From Schizosaccharomyces osmophilus (taxonomy: Eukaryota), in the NCBI RefSeq assembly GCF_027921745.1, contig NC_079240.1, positions 62,001 through 126,000 on the forward strand: a DNA stretch of 64,000 bases, read 5' to 3'. The number at the start of each line of letters is the position of its first letter. Position 1 is the stretch's first letter. The translations under genes were made by a program, and so were the position numbers. This document shows positions 58,911 through 64,000 of the stretch, in pieces. The notes beneath the pieces were generated by a model. That model searched no databases and was not told the origin of the DNA. It saw only the letters and a list, made by a program, of their open reading frames with translations.

Positions 58911-60032
58911 TTATTGGTGATGCTTAAGAGTTACTGCATCATCATTTTCACTAGGCTGGTTGGACAAATTGGCTTTCATCCCAAGTAGGTCATATTGGCT
59001 GCTTGAGCGACGTTGCATCCAACGATTTAAGCCGCCTAAAAAGCTATTTTGGTGGTTTCCAGGGCCAGGGCTAGGAGGTGCGCTTGAACCATGCAAAGGA
59101 GTGTATTGTAGTTGGTAGTCCGTTGTAGCCATCGATAGGAAAGATTTTATGTCCGCCTTCAGATCACGGCTAGTAGATACCCAGTGGTTACGAATCGTGT
59201 CGCGTAGCATTTTAATATGATGGCGAAAATCCAGTTCATTCTTTTTGAACAAAGACACATTCAAAACCTTTCTGTCAACCCCTCTGGCTAGATTACGCAT
59301 GACATATTGATCGTAATCACGAATGATTCGCGTTAATAAGTCAGAGGTGGATACACCTTCCGTTCGTTTTGTAGGTATAAATTTGCCCACCTTTTTAACG
59401 GGAAGATAAATGTCACCACTATCATCTGAAGCATAAGGAATATCATCATGAGCGACAAAATCAATTTTGTGCTCTTCCAAAAAGTCCGGAGTAATGACCC
59501 AAGGTGCGCTTTCTACGACTTCGTCTACCCATTTGCAATGGCGAAGTGCCTCAGCTCGTTCTTTGTCATTCATAACAGTCAACCCCTTTAAACGATGAGT
59601 CAGCTTATCGTTGGGAAGGCCAACAATTAGATGGACGTTGGAAAACACTTTTTTTGCTTGCTCCAATTGTCTCATATGACCAATGTGAAATAAATCAAAA
59701 ACACCGTCTGCATAAACACGTACGGCTCGATCACTCGGAGGTTCATTAATAGGATAGTTAAATTCAGAATATTGCTCTTTAAATTTTACTTCAGTATGAG
59801 CTTCATCTTCATCCGTATCAGAGGTTGGATAGGAAGGAGTCGTTTGGTCCTCGTTGGATTCGTCAGTTAAATTTTGATCTTCATTATTACTTTCCGACTT
59901 TTCTTCTTCTTCCGAGGTGTCTATCGTGACCTTTTTAGCTTGTTGCTTCACCGAGTCTTCATCCTCTGAAAAATTTACATTCTCGATAGGTCGCTTCGCA
60001 TTCTGATCCTTTCTCGATTCTATTTCTCCCAT
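58911..60032 (-). CDS. pcy1: Choline-phosphate cytidylyltransferase
   Basis: RVYADGVFDLFHIGH, VAHDDIPY and RTEGVSTSDL motifs. Confidence 0.95.
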   Translation of the reverse strand: MGEIESRKDQNAKRPIENVNFSEDEDSVKQQAKKVTIDTSEEEEKSESNNEDQNLTDESNEDQTTPSYPTSDTDEDEAHTEVKFKEQYSEFNYPINEPPSDRAVRVYADGVFDLFHIGHMRQLEQAKKVFSNVHLIVGLPNDKLTHRLKGLTVMNDKERAEALRHCKWVDEVVESAPWVITPDFLEEHKIDFVAHDDIPYASDDSGDIYLPVKKVGKFIPTKRTEGVSTSDLLTRIIRDYDQYVMRNLARGVDRKVLNVSLFKKNELDFRHHIKMLRDTIRNHWVSTSRDLKADIKSFLSMATTDYQLQYTPLHGSSAPPSPGPGNHQNSFLGGLNRWMQRRSSSQYDLLGMKANLSNQPSENDDAVTLKHHQ

Positions 60033-60321
60033 AATATCAATAAATGAACCTCTAAAATGTACGATTTTACTGAAGACGGCTTTTTCGTTTCAATTCCACC
60101 TTAGCAGTGGTGACTGTGGTTAGGATGTTATCTTCAGCCATTAAATGGCCGAAAGAGTCTCTACATATAGTCTTAAATACAAAGGAAATAAATTGTACAG
60201 TTTATTACTAATTGAATGAAATATAGTAAGAGAATATTCTTAAGAAAAATTAGAGATACAAAATAAGGTAATTTGATCTAGCTAATGCACACGAAAATCA
60301 CACAACTGAAAATATAAGCAA

Positions 60322-61857
60322 TTACATCCTTGCCTTGGGGTGAAAGAAGGCATCAGCAACAAGGCGTCTTTGCACTTTTCCTGTAGCAGTCTTGGGGATC
60401 TGGTCAGTAAAATAAAACTTTTTCGGAATTTTGAATTCAGCCACTCTTTGTGCCAAGAAGCTTTGCAATTCCTTAACACTCACGGACTTTCCAGATGCAG
60501 TGTGGATTGCGCTTTGAATATCTTGTCCGTATTTCTCATCAGGAACAGCAAAGCACACGGCTTCTGCGACATTAGGATGCTGCATTAAGACAGCATCAAC
60601 CTCAGCTGGAGAAATTTTTTCACCACCACGGTTCACGAGTTCTTTAATGCGTCCTGTAATGAAAACAAATCCTTCGGCATCGACCTTACCTTGATCACCA
60701 GTACGGAAAAAGCGTTCCTCGGTGAAAGAAGATTTGTTCGCTTCTGCATTGTTAAGGTAACCCTTGGTTACATTGGCACCACGAACACAGATTTCACCTT
60801 CAGATCCCTGGGGAACTTCGTTACCTTTGGTATCAAGGATCTTTAAGTCAACCCCGAATGGTACACCAACAGACTTGGGTTTATGGTTAAGGGGAGGAAG
60901 TGGATTGGTAGTCATTTGATGTGAAGCTTCAGTCATGGCGTATGCCTCAAGAACGGGTGCTTTGAAAGTCTTTTCAAGCTTACGCAAAACAGGAGGGGCC
61001 AAAGGAGAGGAGCATGAACGGATAAAGCGAATAATAGGAAGTGGGTTGGGAACAGGACTGCGCAACAAAATCTGGTGAATCGTTGGTACGGCAGTGTACC
61101 AGGTTGCCCCATAATAAACAAATTCTTTCCAGAATGTTTTAGGAGAAAAGCGAGGAGGAACTACGGCAGCACCACCGGATGCAAGTGTGGCAAGAAGGCC
61201 ACAGAGGAGGCCATGGACGTGAAAAAGAGGCATCACCACATAAGAAGTATCACGTGAAGAGAGGCGATAAGAAGCACTGATGTTTTGAATGCTTCGGCAG
61301 AGGTTTCGATGGGTTAAAGGAACGACTTTGGGGCGTCCAGTGGTACCGCTAGTGTGCAAAACAAGTGTGGTATCGTCAGGATGAGGAAGACCAAGAGGTT
61401 GAGGTGAAGAAGGGTTAGATCCTTCAACACGAACAATCTTCACCAAACGAGATTCAGGACACCAGGCAAGTTCTGCGACAGCAACCGAAAGCTTTTTAGC
61501 GGCCCGAACAGCAGGAGTATTGGCTTCGATAGAGCCCTTGCTGACGAAAACGAGCTTGCTCTTTAGGTCATCGACGTAAAACTCAAACTCAGATTGCTTG
61601 TAGTTTGAGTTTAGCGGCCCACATACAGCTCTTTGCCAGGAGACGGCATAGAAGCTCACAACAAATTCCAAGCCATTAGGGACTGCAATGTTTACAGGAT
61701 CGTTTGTCTTGATGCCTAAACCGGCAGTTTGTCTTTGGAGATCCATAATAGCAATTCGGAGCTCACTATAAGACAACGCTGCCGAACTTGAAGGAGCAGC
61801 CAATGCTCTAGCATGAGCATCTCCTTGTAAAGCAGTGTACAGGGTAGCAATGGACAT
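60322..61857 (-). CDS. pcs60: Peroxisomal acyl/oxalyl-CoA synthetase
   Basis: LHTSGTTGRPK, EAYAMTE, RTGD and PKTATGK motifs; PTS1-like C-terminal ARM. Confidence 0.9.
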   Translation of the reverse strand: MSIATLYTALQGDAHARALAAPSSSAALSYSELRIAIMDLQRQTAGLGIKTNDPVNIAVPNGLEFVVSFYAVSWQRAVCGPLNSNYKQSEFEFYVDDLKSKLVFVSKGSIEANTPAVRAAKKLSVAVAELAWCPESRLVKIVRVEGSNPSSPQPLGLPHPDDTTLVLHTSGTTGRPKVVPLTHRNLCRSIQNISASYRLSSRDTSYVVMPLFHVHGLLCGLLATLASGGAAVVPPRFSPKTFWKEFVYYGATWYTAVPTIHQILLRSPVPNPLPIIRFIRSCSSPLAPPVLRKLEKTFKAPVLEAYAMTEASHQMTTNPLPPLNHKPKSVGVPFGVDLKILDTKGNEVPQGSEGEICVRGANVTKGYLNNAEANKSSFTEERFFRTGDQGKVDAEGFVFITGRIKELVNRGGEKISPAEVDAVLMQHPNVAEAVCFAVPDEKYGQDIQSAIHTASGKSVSVKELQSFLAQRVAEFKIPKKFYFTDQIPKTATGKVQRRLVADAFFHPKARM

Positions 61858-62352
61858 CAAAAATCAATCAAAAATTATAAAAAACAACAAAAACACGTCA
61901 GTGCAATAGCGACTAACAAAAAAGTTTTAGAAAGCAAAAAAGAAAAGAAAGTAGAAGGATTATTCAGATATCAAAGGCTATAATAAGCGTTGAACTATGA
62001 AAATCCGTAACCGTTAAAAGCACTATGTATGCAAATGTACCGTAAAAAGTATAATAGATGGCAGGGGTTTTTCGTCCGAAAATTTAACTAAACTGAGTTG
62101 TTGTTGAAATACTTCCTCGCCGTTTAAGATATAAGGTGGTTGGGAAGACGAATATGAACGGATGAGGTTAAATCATGCCCATACGGTAAACCGTTCATTT
62201 CACTAAACTAGGATATTATTCAAATATATAATTTAATTTAATTGTAGTTCTTTTTTTTATTTTTTTACAAAGAGGATCCTGTAAATATTGGCTACAACTA
62301 ATCCGCTGAGTGAAGGTAACTTGTATCATGTATTATTAAGACTAATCTATTC

Positions 62353-62658
62353 TGTCAAGGCCGAGATATTGTATAATAATAATACAAGAGAGTTTGTATA
62401 ATCTTATTAGAAAAGAAACAATGTTACCTCGTAGAGGATACAAATATACCAAACTTGAAAAGTACGAATCTTCAGATAGGAGGATTCGACGGATCTAGCC
62501 TAATAAAATTAGTGTCGTTTATTTAGCTAGTCCGTGGGCTTTGAAAATCCTGAATTATAAACTAAGTAGAGCCCAATATATACACATTCAACTTTTTGCA
62601 ACCCTTAAACCATACACTCAGTATTATAAATATACAGCGTAAAATTTCAGCTGTGACA
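62353..62658 (+). mobile_element. 5' LTR of a Tf-like Ty3/gypsy retrotransposon (306 bp)
   Basis: TGTCA...TGACA termini; homologous to the other LTRs in the window; followed by a PBS and gag/protease ORFs. Confidence 0.9.
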
Positions 62659-62672
62659 AAATCTTCCTATCT
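62659..62672 (+). promoter_or_regulatory. Primer-binding site, self-priming type
   Basis: AAATCTTCCTATCT is complementary to AGATAGGAGGATT (62474-62486) inside the LTR: 13 pairs including one G:U. Confidence 0.75.
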
Positions 62673-62717
62673 CGCCTGAGTGGTGTTGAATCAAGATTCA
62701 AGGAAGCTTTCTTGATT

Positions 62718-63509
62718 ATGAATTCATTTAAGAATGTCATTTATGAGATGCAAGCACAACTAGACGCCTTAAATTCCAAGATGGAACAGAACGATCATAT
62801 GGAAGTCGACGAAGGACTTAAGCTAGATGAACCCTTCGATTTAATAGAGCTTGTGTGCGCAGCCTACGGTTCAAGAAGCGTCGCATATTTAAATATGATT
62901 TCGAACATTCATCCAGGGGAATTTGACCCATCAGAAATTTCGGCGAAGTCTTTCAGAAGGAAACTTGAAAGCATATTCAAATATTTACCAAAAGTTTTCA
63001 ACGATGAAAGAACAAAAATTGCCTTTCTTAATTCCAATTCTCCAGGGAGCTATCAAAGACAGATCAAGGAAATTTTAAAAACTCCAGGATCTCAAGAGAC
63101 CTTTACGAATGTGTTTAATCAAGTTTTCCTAAATGAAAGAGAAAAATCATGGTTTAGTCCGGTCCCCAAATTTTTAAACAAAGGAGCTCGCGGCGAACTT
63201 GATGTTGATCAAATACATAAATGGATGGATACACTCGATAAAGAAGCGACTAGAAAGGCAATGATATTTGCTTTACACTCTGATTATTATAGAAATGAGC
63301 TTCTAAATCATAATTATGAACGTGGAAACCTTGAAGCAATCGTCAATACAGTAAATAATCAGGTCCAATATAGAACAACGAGAAAACCATTTAAAGGATA
63401 CTCTCCCAACAATCAGTATCAATCTAGGTCGAGAAAATTTCCTAAAGGAAATGAACGTACTAAGAGTTATCAAAAGTCGAAACCTAAAAATAATTCTCAT
63501 GATGACTAG
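62718..63509 (+). CDS. Retrotransposon Gag-like protein
   Basis: Large ORF directly after the LTR/PBS and before the protease, with a basic C-terminal tail. The frame is open from 62643 (CTG at 62676; first ATG 62718). Confidence 0.75.
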   Translation: MNSFKNVIYEMQAQLDALNSKMEQNDHMEVDEGLKLDEPFDLIELVCAAYGSRSVAYLNMISNIHPGEFDPSEISAKSFRRKLESIFKYLPKVFNDERTKIAFLNSNSPGSYQRQIKEILKTPGSQETFTNVFNQVFLNEREKSWFSPVPKFLNKGARGELDVDQIHKWMDTLDKEATRKAMIFALHSDYYRNELLNHNYERGNLEAIVNTVNNQVQYRTTRKPFKGYSPNNQYQSRSRKFPKGNERTKSYQKSKPKNNSHDD

Positions 63510-63970
63510 TCACCGAAAGAAAAGAGAGCGATAGGGACGAACATACCTCTATACGCAAAGTTCAAAGGGGAAATTCATCAGAATTCTCTCAGAAGGAAAG
63601 AATGCCTCTTCAAGAACTTGAAATAGCAGATCTGCCAATTACAACTTTTATAGATACCGGCGCAGCCGTATCCCTCATCAGAGAGGATTTAGCAAAACAA
63701 ATTACGCCTAGATTCAATCCAGAATATCGCAAATTTGCGGGCATAACAAAAGACCTTGTTAAAGTTACTGGAAATCTAACATTACCAGTGAAGGTTGGCA
63801 ATCAAAAGCTTTACGAAACATTTATTATCACTCCATCTCTCTACTATTGTCTATACCAGTCAACTCTCCCGGATCACGACTTCCTCTCAGCGACATGGTT
63901 ACCTCAACAGATGGTAAGAAAACGAAATTTTTCATTAGTTCGTAATTTTCACCTACGCGCTTCTACATGA
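63506..63970 (+). pseudogene. Truncated pol: retropepsin N-terminal part joined to a chromodomain-like tail; no RT, RNase H or integrase core
   Basis: FIDTGAAVSLI aspartic-protease motif; after ITPSL the sequence reads YYCLY..ATWLP..LVRNFH and stops at 63970. The frame is -1 relative to gag. Confidence 0.65.
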
Positions 63971-64000
63971 TAGAACCGCACGATTTTAAGATTCTTCAAT

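Noticed and set aside
12716..61857. Many short antisense or alternate-frame ORFs inside the large genes
   Set aside because: Shadow ORFs of real coding sequences with no independent support.

Overview
Eukaryotic DNA from a fission yeast. It looks like Schizosaccharomyces but not S. pombe, probably the octosporus/cryophilus/osmophilus clade; this is inferred from GT..CTAAC..AG short introns and from proteins matching the S. pombe SPCC1494/SPCC70/SPCC1827 genes as I recall them. About 12.7-61.9 kb is conserved housekeeping sequence (adn3, inh1, put1, tRNA-Leu, tfb6, THADA/trm732, dbp9, ubp12, tyr1, arz1, taf13, nnk1, sac32, tmp1, mug9, pof7, utp25, pcy1, pcs60), with one block inverted and moved relative to S. 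pombe. The first ~12 kb is an accessory island: a 2OG-oxygenase lacking key catalytic residues, decayed ORFs, tandem SDRs with nested solo LTRs between them, and yhb1. One Tf-like LTR retrotransposon family recurs at ~6.1-6.9 kb, ~35.4-36.3 kb and 62.35 kb to the window end. The best find is a chimeric LTR at 35444-36304 with the structure U3-R-poly(A)-[468 nt foreign sequence]-R-U5. Its right junction falls just after the element's predicted self-primer, which fits capture of a non-element (possibly viral) RNA by template switching during reverse transcription. The terminal element shows Tf1-style self-priming complementarity and an apparent in-frame protease-to-chromodomain deletion. All alignments and orthology calls were made by eye or from memory and need database confirmation.
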